Assembly (NCBI GenBank): GCA_002633005.1
Contig: NMRA01000240.1
Span: 158,415-222,414 of the forward strand
Length of the DNA: 64,000 nt
Direction: 5' to 3'
From: Phoronis australis
Lineage: Eukaryota; Animalia; Phoronida
How positions within the stretch are numbered: position 1 is the first letter of the stretch; each line of letters begins with the position of its first letter. A program made the position numbers and the translations under genes. The notes below the pieces were generated by a model that searched no databases, was not told where the DNA came from, and saw only the letters and a program-made list of their open reading frames with translations. Positions 37,925-51,800 of the stretch are shown piece by piece.

Positions 37925-39149
37925 GTAAGAATTCTGTCAAAAGTGGCTTCAAAAGAGAGATATAATATTTTTTTGCGTATGCCATGTTTGTATAAAGCTC
38001 AGGTTATTTGAACAGCAATGGTGTATCACGAGGAAGCGTCCCAAGGCGCTATCTGACTGTGGGGGCACCGATTGGTCGAAAAATCCCTCAAACACATGAA
38101 GTAAAAATAAGGGTAGAATGGTTCTCTTAGTTAGTGGGGCGGGCAAAGAAACTGAGAACGTTCACCTGGTCTAACGGCAGACCCAGCAATCGTTTTCTCC
38201 CGTTAAGGGAAGCCAAACAAAGAGACCATGTTTTTCTAGTTGTTTTAGAGGTAAAGCGCTGCCGTGTTGTGCCACAAAACTTTACGTAAAACAGACGGTC
38301 GAGTTCTGGAAATTTCGGAAATATTACCATTCGTCATTTTCCCAAAAGCGACTTTATAATTTGTTTAAATTACAAGTTTTGAAATTGGTAGGCTATTCAG
38401 AAGCAACGGCCACCTCACTTTAAAAAAAGCTGGATAAGATATTTCGAGATGATTTCGTGTGCCGATTGAAGCACTTTAGACCAATAGTACACTTCTTCTC
38501 ATTATACATGAAAGTAGATGTCATTGGTACTAATATTGTAGTAGTAGTCTAATCAGTGAAGCCAATTTAGGTGACTCGCTCACTTTTTGATAAAAGGTGT
38601 GGAAATTATGTCATTGGTATAATTTCTGCGCTCTTTTAGGCAATCAAAAAAGACACGTGATCTGGCACACATTTTGGCCACCATATCGGATTTAAATATG
38701 GTGGCAGTGATAATTGAATTCTCTCCCTTGCGGTCAATAAAAGCATTATATTATATAGAAAATCAACATTGTTGCTCGCTGTGAGTTCCGTGACAACGTA
38801 AGTACCTCATTAGTAAAAACAAGGGAATGTGTGATAAAGCTGGAGTGGTTAAGTAATAATTGAAGTTTGGGATGAGCTTACACTTTCAACAGACATTGGA
38901 AGTGTGGAAATCATTTTCATTGCAACAACGTACGCTAAGGATCACGTGATGCGCGTTTTTGTTTAGACAGACTTTTTGGTAGAATCTGAAAATCCTTGAA
39001 ATGTTGGCGGATGCAGTTTCACCGACTGAGTTCATTATTTGCATGCTGTATGGCATCACCATGCAGGCTGTTATGCCGCATTTTTTCTGAGGGTTTAGTT
39101 TTTAAAAAAATCAAAAAATGTCATTTTTGCCGTTTATTATGAGTGGAAC

Positions 39150-39400
39150 ATAAAACCGGAAAGCATCAGATGATCGTTCGCAGAACGATCCAGCGCTGAT
39201 AGTGCTTAACAGTCGGCGAAGAAAGAATCCTGTCGCCACATAGGAGTTACAAAGATAATGCGGCGAGCCATGTGGAACAATTAAGGTATCTGAAGACATT
39301 GAAGAATATGGTAACTGTTAATCAAGCGAGGAGGATTTGAGCAACGTTCCTATAGATAAACTAGCTCACACCGCTTGGAATTCGGTTTGGGGTTTCGGCC
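39150..39400 (+). pseudogene. Possible Tc1-like transposase HTH remnant
   Basis: RKASDDRSQNDPALIVLNSRRRKNPVAT*ELQR*CG.. loosely resembles the Tc1 RPRKTT.R.DR.L...SRR....TA.EL region; heavily degraded. Confidence 0.3.
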
Positions 39401-41273
39401 GAAGAAACCGGCTTGCTGTTATCCAGACCATCATGGTCAAATGATTGCATGCATCCAAGTCGAGCAGACCAGTGGATCTGAAGTTCCCAAGTGAGGTGAA
39501 GTGAAGGGTTTTAGAAATGTGATCATACCCAAAGGCGCAGGTGAGAAATCTGACAGCTAAAGCATCACTAGTAATTATGATTATGTATCTCATAGTCAAT
39601 GGTCCCCTGTTCATTGCAAAATATATTTTTCACCAGTGGCAAATTATTTCAATTTGTGTTTACCTAATTCCCCACCCCCGGCCTTTCATCACAAAGTTTT
39701 GTCACTGATTTCGTCCCACCCCGCCCAGTGCCTTTGGCGTTGACCAACAACACTCAGCTATGCGTTTGACTCGCCTGTTGAATACCTCTATGCCTTTGAT
39801 CATCTCAATTACATTATGCCAGTGTTTGGACAATCTTTGTTGACCTAACTTATCATGCAATCACATTGTCCTACTGTATTCACACTATGTTTCTGAATTT
39901 CAGGCCTAACAGTGTTTAACCAAACATCAAGTACTCACTGAAGCCACAAGTTCCTGCATAATTTACAGCACATTTCCAGTAAGTCTCTCGTGCTGGATCA
40001 AGGGCAAAATTAAGCCAACTGACAGACTCCTAAGTCCTAGACACTGTGTCTATTTGCCTATGCAACACAACATGTACACCAAGGGCAAGATAATTGTGAT
40101 TTCTGTATCCGGTATGGCATACCAGGCGTGCGTTCAGTAGACGCTAGGACCTACGCTAGGACCTTGCTAAATCCTAGTCAAAGTCACATATTCTCATTTA
40201 AAATACACGGCAATATCTCACGTAATCTCGCGAAGTCTTGCTTCTTAGCGAGGTCCGAGCGCTACCGTACGGGAGGCTGTACATTCATTATGATCTGAAA
40301 TGCACTTGCCTTCATACTGTACAATGGGGCTATTCGGAGAATTCTCCTCGGAGTGTCGCTGCTGTACTAGTGGTGATTGAATTGCGCATGCGTCGCTGTC
40401 TGCATTTAAACAACTGTGAACAACGATTTTTGTAACCACGTCGTGCGCTATGCCTTACTATTATTGTGTGCCAAAAGATACCAGATTACAAGAAGCTTGG
40501 AGATTTTCGGTCAAAACAGTCCACGAAAGCACGAAAAATCTTTGGATGCCAAAGTCTCATGACCGCGTTTGCTCCAAACATTTCCAGGAGTGCAACTACA
40601 TAAAGACGTTACTTGGTAAGATTTTAGCAATTAGTTTTCAGTAACACCATCTACATCATCCAAGAATATTATCGTTACCAGTTTCTACCATTGAACCAAC
40701 TGGATTCTTTTCATAAACTCATCCAGGTTAGTGCCTTCTGCATTAGTTCGTATTGTGCTCCCAATACTAAAATGGAAAAGGTAAGGGGAACACGCCAACG
40801 TCGTCTTTTTCACAACAGTTACTCTACAAGAAGATGCATTTTTCAACAAAATTCTAGATGGGTCTGTATGTCCCCGACTGTCCAAAAACAAGTAACCCCC
40901 TCTTAACAGCTGATTAATTACCAAATTAACATCAATGGACTTTTCCATACAGTCGTAACGTAATTGACGTTTCATTGGAACCAATATTCATCCCTGGAAT
41001 GAATTTATTTGTTAAGAATGGATGCATACTTTAGTAGGAGTCATTAAAACTGCACATTCTGAATTCACTTTAACCTCCCTTACAAAAATGAAATTAAGTT
41101 AAGACCAAGGGTCCAGTACACTGCATAACCGTTTAACTTTCAGTCTTGGCTTTGATCAATTTTAGTCTTAATCTTGGTTTTAAGATATTTCATTTGGAAT
41201 CAAGTTAGCCCGACTTCAGTCTAACCTAAGACAGAAAAATTTTCATGGAACGAGGCCTTAAAGCTGTGGGTTT

Positions 41274-42910
41274 TCACTTCGCTGGGATACTGGTTTCAAC
41301 GGCCTTGGCTACAAATGGTCGGTAAAAACGCTTGTTAAACTGCTCCAGTCTTGGCTTACGGCTTTCATTGTTGTAAGCTTCTTCAGCCTCAATAATCCCC
41401 ACAAGATCTTTAAATGTAAGTACAACAAAATAACACTTAACCAAAAGTTGTCCCTGAAACTGATCATAATATTTATGGATCTTCTTTAGCTTCAAGCCGT
41501 TATCCGTTTCCTCCAGTGAAGGAAATAAAACACTGCTGTCCACACAGGACTCCCTGCTTTGAAAGGGCATTTTATTTCAACTGGGACATCGTCACCAACC
41601 AGGCCATCTAGAGTAGCAGCCAAGTATGGCACCTCTTCAGACACGAACAATCCACATTTCCTAACAATAAGTTTGAACTTTGACTCAAGTTTCTCCAAGG
41701 CCACTGGTTCATACATAGTGCCATGCAGTACTGACAGAGTGTGAACATGCTGCCGAAACAACAATGACTGGCACAGTTTGTCCATGTTGCGACATGTAGT
41801 GGCCTTAAGAATGCCCCTGAACATTAAACAATTATTGAAACATGAATACTTGTACTTCAGGGTGGGAAAAATGTTACCATATTGAGTTTTCAAAAATGCA
41901 ATATGACAATTTCACAAAAAATAGTAATTATTTTCAGAAAGTGAGGGTGCATGAAATATGTATAACATCGTTAGTTTTATAGGTGTGCATTAATTAACAA
42001 TACCACGTACGCACGCACGCACACAGACACATACACACACACCTTGAGGCAGTGATGTGCAACTCCCTTTTCACGAACCACAACTTGCTCTTGCATTGTT
42101 TTTGGGTCTACGCCTCCACCTGTCATACATCATTTGGTGTGACCTAAAAAGATGAACTGTAAAACCCATCATTGTCACTTACGTGAAATGCTCATGTTGT
42201 GCAGAAACCTAGTGGAAGGTATTGGATGAAATATCTCGGTGCAACCAGCATTTATAAGCTTGTTTATTTAGCTATTAAACAAACAAAAACGGTCCAAAAT
42301 TTTGATTCACCTGGTTTCGTCTATCAACCCAGTACTCAGTAAATAGTAATTCACTGTAGTCATGGTCGGCGACAGCTGCCCTTAGATCTGCCCGTTGGTA
42401 GAGATACCGTATGCTCAAATAATTGGAGTATAAAACACAATAGTGAAGAAAATGGTACCGAACAAAATCTTTATATCTAATCAAGTTGCGGTACTGTTCG
42501 GGACGAGGGTCCTCCAAGGCGCACCCCTTCTTCTTCTCGTGTCCCAAGTGGTCTGCTTTAACAGGTGATCCTGAAACAAAAGATATGTAATGCCAATTGG
42601 ATGACGAAGAGACTTAATGTGAAGGTAAGTTTGGATAAAGTGCTTAGTTGTAATGTAACAGAACATATAACAAAACCAAACATTATCTCATTCTTGTAAT
42701 TGCTACCATTGTGCGTCTTCTTTGGTAGGTGGAAAGTTTGCAGTATGTCGCTGCAGCTTCTGGTAAGACTAAATTTACCAGTCTCTTTAAATTCCACCAG
42801 CACCAGCAAAACACTCGCAATGTGCTTGCAAGTCCTACTTGCACCAACACCACAAGGGCATTCACAGTGGCTAGCGACCACCTCTCCACTCTTGTCAATG
42901 AATCTTCAAT
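41274..42910 (-). pseudogene. SWIM zinc finger + YqaJ-like (lambda-exonuclease family) gene remnant of the ISL2EU element, spliced and frameshifted
   Basis: HGTMYEPVALEKL..CGLFVSEEVPYLAATLDGLVGDDVPVEIKCPF /fs/ LKLKKIHKYYDQFQGQL..CYFVVLT..FY. Confidence 0.85.
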
Positions 42911-44311
42911 GAATAGCTGAGCTACCAATAAAATATCTCAGTAGTACTGCATGAGAACAAATGAATATAAAATCAGTAAAGATAGAATGTTATTATGTTT
43001 TGTACAGGTTTATTTTAATTCTGTACTAGGAGAAAATTATTTTCGAAAAACGTATGGCTACATTAAAAAATGGATCTCACCATTTTTTTTTAAAAACAAA
43101 GAATTTTTCTGATGTACTCACTTTTTTCATTGTAGCTCTAGCAATGCATGACAAAAGCACATCACCAGCATCATTCTTCAACATACTAACGGCGTCTATA
43201 TTTCTGCAAATAAGTAAGAAATTCAACCAAAAAGTTGATACGCAAAGGAATGAAAACAACATCAAAAAATGAAAATCAGCATTACTGCACGACAGATTTT
43301 CTGTTCAGTCAAATTCGTGTAAGAGCGGCACACAATAAGTTTCCACTTTAAATATATTGACAAATAAATGGTACCCAGACTTAACTGCCGGGGTATGGCC
43401 AAAGACGCTAGTTCCCTGGACCTGAACAAACTCTCCAATGCGTGCACTGCTATAGCATGCATATGGCAGCCAACATTGCCTTAAATGGCAGTTGGTGTGT
43501 ACAGTAACTAGTATCGCGGGCATGGGAATAAGTGGAGCGAAAGCAGAGAATACACAACTATGGGTCTATAAGAACGGAATAGCATTGGTGGGTAGGCCAC
43601 CGCAGAGAACACTGGATAACTTGAAATAATAAGACAACATGTCAATAGCTACCAAAAACATTTAGGTTTGAAACTCAGAATTTTTGGATCTCCTACCCCC
43701 CCCCCTCCCCAGCCTCTACAGTTTTCCATGCCCCATCCCTAATCACCCGTTTTTCCACATACCTATTTACACCACTTTCCCCACGCCTACCTCCCACTAA
43801 GGTCCTGGATATGTTAATTAACACACAAATTTACCTTCCTTCCTTAAACAGCTGGCACTTTTCAAGTGCTTTGATATCTTTGTTTTCGCCATTGAGCACT
43901 TGGCGATACAGGAAATTCGCCTTCACAACAGATGTACGCAAATCAGGAAAATCGTGCTGGTGTGACACAGTCACTTATTTAAAGCCTACTTTTGGCCACA
44001 CAGGGATGGTTGCAGAGGAGATGCAAATCTACTGTGCTTGGAAATTGAAATTACAGTCATAGCCTTCAAGCCTAAAAGCCAAAGGCCAAGGAAATAAATA
44101 ATACTTTTATGTCACTGAGTTACACAGTGTGCAACAGATTTGCTGTCATCATGGGGAGTAAACAAATAGCTTGAACACGAGATCCATATTTGAAACTTGT
44201 GCCTGGGATTGATTATAGTGATTGCACCCTTGAATCTGACCCCACACACATAACCATACCATGGCCACAGACATCCTTATCTCCTGATCGTCCCCAATAC
44301 ACCAAGCTTAA

Positions 44312-45979
44312 AGTCCTTCTTGCAAACTGCCCATGTGGTTCCAGTATCCGAAAATACTTACTACATAAATTCTTATTTTCGACACCCTTTCTTTATATTC
44401 TTTTCGCCTTTCTTGCCAAAAGCGATTTTTTAACAGTATTTGACCCTTCTCTAAGAGCGTATAATTATCGGCTGTCATCGGTTATTTCCGTACCCACATT
44501 TCTGGCTCATCAGTTCAGGAACTTGTCCTGAACGCCGCCATTTTTTCCTTGTAACTGAATGTGCTCTGGCTTGCTCGAAAAGTCTTCATTATTTTGTTTT
44601 ATTAGTAATATATCGTGATTCGTTTGCATATGTAGTGTATTTATAGTTTGTAGTTAGTGTTCGTTGATTTTTTGGAATGTTACGCATACTTAGTATGTTA
44701 AAGTAGCTTTGGTGTTTAGTTCCTTACGTAGGCGGGTCGAACCTAGGAACCAATATGGGTCGAACCAGTTTTTTTTCGGCGTTATTTTTTCCTCGTTTTG
44801 AAAAAGTACTTTGCTATCATCGAAAAGGTAATACATTCTACTCAGTAAAAATTGAAAAAGTATCAAAATCGGGGCAAGCACTGGAAAGTTATTGCAAGTT
44901 TTGTGGCGAACTTTGGGTCACTTTGTTTGAATCGCGTCGGCCATATTGGAGGACAGCGGGATGAGTTACGAGTTTAAAGTTTTGTGTAATTTGTTTTCGC
45001 CAACAAACTACGGTGAAATTTATTTAGACATATCTTTACTTACAATTCTGCACGATTTAGCAGTGTTCACCAAATTTCAGCCTCGCAGTTGTTACTCATT
45101 AAGTGATTAATGTGCTCACAAATCCCGTTGGACTTCGTCTCATTTCTGGCGGCACATACATGTACAATGTCGACTTTTGCTGAACTGAAAGGCATGTTCA
45201 ATAGGCTACTTTGTAATTTGTGAAGATTTAACGTTGATACATTTTGACAAACGTTGCTACAAAAAGAAACTTTGTTCAATTTTCATGTTTTTTGTGTTTG
45301 TGGCCAGCGACCAGTTAGGCCTAAGGGTAGTCTTGGCGCAAAGCTGTATAGACCTACTAACAAGCTGTATTTTGACTATAGTCTTCACTGGTAGCTGGTG
45401 ACTGAGGCTTACTAAGGTCTGCAGCGGCAGTGTGACACAGGACTAATCAGTCCGTAATTTCATGCTGAAACTACCCTTGAATGCAGCATTTATCATTTGA
45501 CCATTTTACTTCGACAAAACAGCTTGCAACCGCATGCATTTACCGTTCGCCAGTGTCTGGTCTCGATCCGCACCGGGTCCGATAGGCTGCGGTCCCGAGT
45601 CTGGCAAAATAATTTCTGTTAAAATTGTTTGACCACATTTCTTCAGCAAATTCCATAAAATTGTCCGTAGTTTGATTTTATCAAAATTAAGGCGTGCTGT
45701 CGATTTTTTTATCCCCGTTTGCTGGCTGGTAACAGTAAGGCACTGCTCCAGTCGCACTGACGGCGTTTTCTCGGCCTGGGTTCCTAAATGAAGTGTACTT
45801 CCGGGTTTGCGGCAAGTTCAAAATGGCGGTGTTTCTTCGGGTGCGAATCGTGAGTGGCGCGTTCATTTAAACTGTTTTCGAGTACGGATCGTGTATTAGT
45901 TATGGGGTAGGTACTTCTTGGATCCTTATAACATCTTCTAACCATGTAATAATGGTTAGTAACGCGTGAGAGAAGGACT
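44312..45979. mobile_element. Non-autonomous Kolobok-type element (copy 2), nested in the ISL2EU copy
   Basis: TTAA at 44308-44311 and 45980-45983; TIR AGTCCTTCT / AGAAGGACT; colinear with 3769-4668 joined to 6790-7478. Confidence 0.85.
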
Positions 45980-47139
45980 TTAAATACAATACTACAAAGT
46001 AATGCATTGGGGACGATCAGAAGCTGGTGCTAGTGTACAGAGGACGATCACAAACTATGGACGCTTGTGGCCATTGCCATTACATTACTGAGTTGAAAAA
46101 GTGAAAATTTAATCATTCTTCAGTTTTATTAACCGTTCGATAAATAAATAATACTTTTGATGAGCAAAAAGACCCTAGGAAGTGCAAGGGTGGCTATCAA
46201 AACATACACCGAACTGCCTGAACGGCGACATCATCAGACATGGCGTATATTATACTCTAGTTAATAAGCATCTATATGTTGTAAATATGAAAGTCAGAAT
46301 ATAAAACAATCGTTGGAAAGAATCAAAAACCTTACCTTTCTACGAGGTCAGGCTTCCTCTCCCTCGTCGAGGCACCTTTTTCAGCTAATCTCAGTTTGAG
46401 TTGCGGCATTGTCAGCCGACTGTAGGCTAAGCTATTTCACTTCGCATTAAAGGCTCGCGCAATCCAGGCTGCTTAATCTATAACCACTAGTACACGGGCC
46501 CTCAGGTTATTGTAAACTTTCCAAATAGCCCCATTGCTTCGGGCATCAGTGTAAAAAGATCATCAGTTGTGATCGAGTCTTAAACCTGGGTGCTTCGGTG
46601 TGTTGTTCTTGCGTCGTTAAACCAATCGTGGTAAGATCAAATGCCTGTAGGCGAGTAAATTAGAGGCCTTTATGCAGACTTGTCCACAGAAGAACCATGC
46701 AAAAGTTACAACAGACACAGTGCAGGTGGTATAAAGTGACAAAGTTTGGGTGACTGTTGTGTTGTGATATGTAAACTTCCTCATCCAACTGAGATGAGAC
46801 CACTACCATAAAAGTGGGGATAACACAGCCTTGCTCTCAATCTACAATATAAACCCACAATGCCATATACATGTATTTGTAAAGCTTTTTTTCCTGTTTC
46901 TTCACGTGCAAATGTAGGAGTCACTATCTTATATCGTTTTGTAAAGAAAATACTGGGCTAAAAACCCAGTTTCAGTCATTTCGTGTAATAGTTTATTTTT
47001 GTTGTTTTTGTTTAAATTTACCATGATACTAGAAATGCTGTGACTTTCAACTGATACTGAGTCAATATCACTAGCTGAGATGGATCCGTTAACCTCAGAA
47101 TGACAATGAATGTTCATAGCAGGTGCCGTTACTTACATG

Positions 47140-47335
47140 TAGTATAGGGAGATAAAGTAGTTGTCTGTATGCGACCTGTTTGTTTGCGGACCTAGCTTTG
47201 GAGTCCGTCCTGGGCCCTTCCTCGGGGTACTGACGGAAATCGTCGTGCCACATGGTCATCAGTAATTGGTTCTTGATGACTGCCCAACGCCACCTGATGG
47301 CTGTCACTTGAGAGGACATTCGCGCAATGCTACCT
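47140..47335 (-). pseudogene. Possible KolX/P2X7-C-terminal-like fragment
   Basis: ..ARSANKQVAYRQL resembles the N..R..AYRQF motif of Kolobok KolX proteins; short and degraded. Confidence 0.3.
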
Positions 47336-47960
47336 AAAAATGTGATGTGGAATTTACTTTTTTAAATTGTTAATATTACTCTATACGTCTAAAGTAATCA
47401 AAAAACACTGTTTCCCCATCATGGCTCACAACGTGTCACTCTCGTTATTCTGATATACAGTGGGTTCCACTTGCGCTCAGTCGTCTTGAAGGGGGATTCT
47501 ACGCTATTTTATACCTTCGATGTGTACCAATGTCAAAATCTGAACTCCAATACTTTGTCGTAGGCTGTATCCCATTGTTTTTCATTGTTTTTGAATAACA
47601 TTAAATCCTTGCTTTTAGGAATAGTGATTTGCTGGAAAGCTTACGGAATTTGAAAATGATCTGTTGCCAAACTACCTGTCAGTGCTTACGTCCCAGTCAT
47701 TAAATTGACTATACTAGAAGAACTCTGTGTGGCATGTTGTCCAAGACCTTTTGTGCAAGATGGCTCAACGTCTCAACTGTTCGTATGGAAGGACCCTGAT
47801 TGTCATTTGTCATTTGGCTCAAAGACAGAGCTGGATACCAACACCGAAGAAGGGTGGCATGAGAAGCAATCTGGCGATCAAACAGTGTATAGCAGCATTA
47901 CAACAAAAGGTAAACAATTTTACCATGTATAACTTGAGCACATGATTAAATATCCTATCC

Positions 47961-48520
47961 TTAGTATTCTGTTGGATGAATGCATTCGTTTGGGTGTAAG
48001 CTCAGGGGCTTGTGTAACTCCGAAAAAATGAGATTGGGCCTTTGCACGAATGAACTTCTATTGAACATTTGTGGAAGAACCCATGAGGTTCTAATAATAT
48101 TCAGGTGCAAACAAAAATTTCTGTTATGCTTGATGTAATATACTAGCATGTAATCCACGAACAGGTGGTTGAAATGGTTCGATAGTCTTGTCTGCAAATT
48201 CCAGTTACGGTTCTCTAAAAATCAATCCTCGACCAGCACAAACCAAAACCAAAAGAATCATGATATAAAGGAAGTCCAGGTGAGAAATCTCTGCGGGACT
48301 CGAGTTTGGGGCGCAAGACTCAGGTTTTGTAATCCAGGGTTGGAGTTAAGCGAATTAAAGTTGTAGATGTAATTCAGAGAATCGGATAAGGAATTGTTTG
48401 CATCCCATGAGGGAAGTTTCCCATGGCACCTCCGATTTGAACTATGTGGTAAGAGGGGTTGGCTTATACCCATGCAAAATGTTGTAAGTTCGAGAACAAA
48501 CAAATATTTTTGGACTTACA
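47961..48520 (-). mobile_element. Penelope-like retroelement remnant (RT + GIY-YIG fragments)
   Basis: FVLELTTF..YHIVQIGGAMG (RT G.AMG motif), FNSLNSNPGL..ISHLD, NLQTRLSNHF and LSLHPNE (GIY-YIG C-terminal-like), in the expected order but heavily deleted. Confidence 0.45.
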
Positions 48521-48842
48521 TAATGATTCTAAGATAAATTTGTCGGTTGACTATTGACTGGAGTCCTTGTCGTTGCTTTCGAACATTGAGCCATTCTTTG
48601 TTTTGGACAGAAATTAAAGTATAAAAATACCAAAGTGCGTGGCTGGATTGCGTATAATTTGCAACACAAACAAAAGGATCCAACCCAAAATATGAAGCGA
48701 AACTGCATCAGGTTTTAGCAGAATGAAAGTCAGCTAACATATTTTAAACGGAAATGGTGACAGCATAGTACACATGCAAGTCTGACATATGATGAAATTA
48801 TCACCCATGCAAGTTCTGGGTCAAAATTGTTGTGGGTAGAAA

Positions 48843-51800
48843 TTTTATTTATTTATTTATTATTGTGATATTTAAAATGAGGGTGGCCTCTTCAGTGATA
48901 GCACTGCTTTTCAAGATGGCCCTCAACAAGAAAAACAGTAATAACAATGAAATATACTTAACAAAGGTACAATTAAAACAGGTTGAGAATTAAGATTTTA
49001 ACTAAATGGCGAATAATGGTAAAAATTTAACTAAAACAGACGAAATAAATTAAGAGATGACTCTAGACAGTGGGAGTATTTACGACAATGAAAAAATGGC
49101 ATATATAAGACAGGCAGGGAATAAAAGGTTAGGTAAATTACAGCCACTTTTTAATATTTACTTTAAAGGTAGTGATTGAATTGGACCGTTTAATTTCTGA
49201 GCTGTGAGAATTCCATATTATAGCAGCTGCATAGATAAAAGATCTCTTGCACGTCTCGGTTTTATTTTTTAGAAGAAACATTGCCAGCAACAGAAGAACG
49301 TGTAGAATATACAGCCTGACTGCTATTGAATTTACTGTTGAGATATGCTGGAGCCAAGCCATTGATGCATCTGTACATACAACAGGCAGAGAGATATTTA
49401 TTTCTTTGTCTTACTTTCATAAATCCCAGCTTGGAATACAAGTCGTCAACCCTAGTGTCCCTAATCGTAGTACTCAGGATTGCCCTGGCTGCTCTATTTT
49501 GGATTACTTGGACTTTGCTGACAAGTGTGTCACTAGTGTGCCCCCAAACCGGTAAACAATAATCAATATGAGGCTGAATAATAGAATGGTAAAGGGTCTT
49601 AAGAGTACTGACATTAAGAAATTTTAAGTACACTGATCTTCTTTGAGAATTTCTTTGTGATATGATCTATGTGCATATTAAATTTAAGATTTGGATCTAA
49701 AATAAGGCCCACGTACTTCAACTTGTCAACATTCTCGATGGTAGAACCGTTGATAGAAAGGCATAGTTTTTGTTGTTTTAATTTCTGGTGGGTTCCAAAC
49801 ATCATCGACTTGGTTTTACTAACGTTAAGAGTGAGTTTATTTTTAATCAGCCAGTCATGGATAAGGGCTAGGTCATCATTGAGAGAAGTTTCGAGTTCTT
49901 TTACTGATCCAGCTGTGGACATAATTGCAGTGTCATCAGCATATAAAACTGGAACACTGTTGTGGAGGACAGTAGGGAGGTCGTTAACAAAAATAGTGAA
50001 TAATAGAAGACCCAAAATGGAACCCTGAGGTACCCCCGGGATTACGGTTGAATAGTCAGAAAGTTTACTACCGTCTTTGGTGCCCTGACTTCGGTCGTAG
50101 TAGTTTCTAAACCAAAAAAGTTCGTTATCATAAACTCCATAAGACTTTAGTTTCTGCAATAGGATACCATGGTCCACAGTGTCAAAGGCTTTCTTAAGGT
50201 CAACAAAGACAGCACCAGTAAGCATCCCGTGATTCATATTATTAAAGATAAACTCAGTAGCAGGAATGTTTATAGTAAGAGTGGAATGCAAGAAGCGGAA
50301 ACCAGACTGTGCTGCCGAGAGAAGGGAATTTTGCTCCAGGAACTGGTGAAGCTGCTTTTGAACACACCTTTCAAGAATTTTGGACACTGCAGGGAAGACC
50401 GATATTGGTCTATAATTTTCGCAACTTGACTTTTCACCATCTTTAAAAACAGGAGTAACAACTGCCATCTTCCATTCTCTAGGAATTGTGGCCGTTTTTA
50501 AACTTAAGTTCTGGATATTGGTAAGGGGCTCAGCTATTTGTTGAGACGCCAGTTTTAATAGTTTGGCATCAGTGCTATGCATGCCACTGGCACTACTAGA
50601 GTTCAGAGTTTTTATTTGATCTCGGACATAGTCAGCTTGCATGTCTTGAAACTTAAATGACATTCACTCATGTATCTTGGGCGGGAGATCAATAGTTGAC
50701 ATACTGAAATTCTCAGCAAGATTTTGGCCAATGCCAGTAAAAATGTCATTAACTGCATTTGCTATTTTACTTTTGTCCGAAACAACAACGTTTCTAATTA
50801 GAAATTCATTTGCGACAGACATGGACTTGTTAGGTAAAATTGATTTTATGATTTTCAAGAGAGTTTTCCCGTTAGATTTGTTTTTATTAATAACTTGGTC
50901 GTAATACTCAGCCTTGGCCTGTTTACGAGCATTGTTTACCTTATTTCTAGCTTTCTTAAAGATACCCCAGTGAGATGAATTTCTAGTACGCTGAGCTATT
51001 CGCTTCAGGAAATCTCTCTTGCGAGAGAGAGCTATGAGGTTATCATTATACCACTCGGGTGATTTGCCCTTTAATTTCAATTGGATTACGGGGACATGAT
51101 TATTAATTATTCCAATGAAACTTTGCTTGAGAATCGTCCAAGCGACATCGGGGTCAAAAGCCGTTGTAACGGCGCCCCAATCAATCGCCTAGTGTAGATC
51201 TCTGAGAAATTCTTCGTTATCGAAGGTGCGATATGAACGCTTGGTAATGATACGTGGCGGAAACCTAGGACGACAAGTCTTATACGCTGTGAATACAAGA
51301 TTATGATCACTAATCCCAATGGGTATACTATCAAATGTAAAAACTTTGTCAACGTTTGATACAAGAATAAGATCAAGGCATGTGGAAGTTCTGTCGGTAA
51401 CCCTTTTGGGCACGTTAATAATATTCTTCATACCCAACTCTCGTTCCCATGCCTTAATCTTACCCACTGTGTTCTTATATAAAGCATCATAATTAAAATC
51501 AACAGTAACAATGAAATCTTTGCTAGTGTGAGCCTCATTATGAACAATACTTTTTAAATGATCAGTCAATTTTTCTGTGTATTCTGCGTTCGCAGAGGGT
51601 GGTCTGTAGACTGATCCAATAATCAAATTCTTCGATTAAGGAATATCAATCTCAACCCAGAGCGACTTCACCTGTTCGTCATGGATGCTGGAGCTGACGG
51701 CTAGTTAGTCCTTCTTTTGTGTAGATGGCAACACCACCACCTTTCCTCTTACGGTCGTTCCTATTCAATTCAAAGCCGTCGATGACGATCTCAGAATCAT

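Larger units (their letters stand above)
40326..46532. mobile_element. Decayed ISL2EU-type DNA transposon (copy 2, opposite orientation to copy 1)
   Basis: AT|GGGGCTATT ... AATAGCCCC|AT termini. THAP on + (40450: MPYYYCVP..AW..WMPKSHDRVCSKHF). On -: SAP (about 46430-46336, MPQLKLRLAEKGASTRG), SWIM (CECPCGVGASRTCKHIASVL) and YqaJ exonuclease. Confidence 0.85.

Noticed and set aside
39904-39941. Possible terminal exon of the module gene (RLTVFNQTSSTH*)
   Set aside because: Only an AG acceptor supports it; indistinguishable from chance.
47705-47945. ORF with DTNTEEGWH resembling the MULE TNN..EGWH motif
   Set aside because: A single short motif, insufficient for a call.
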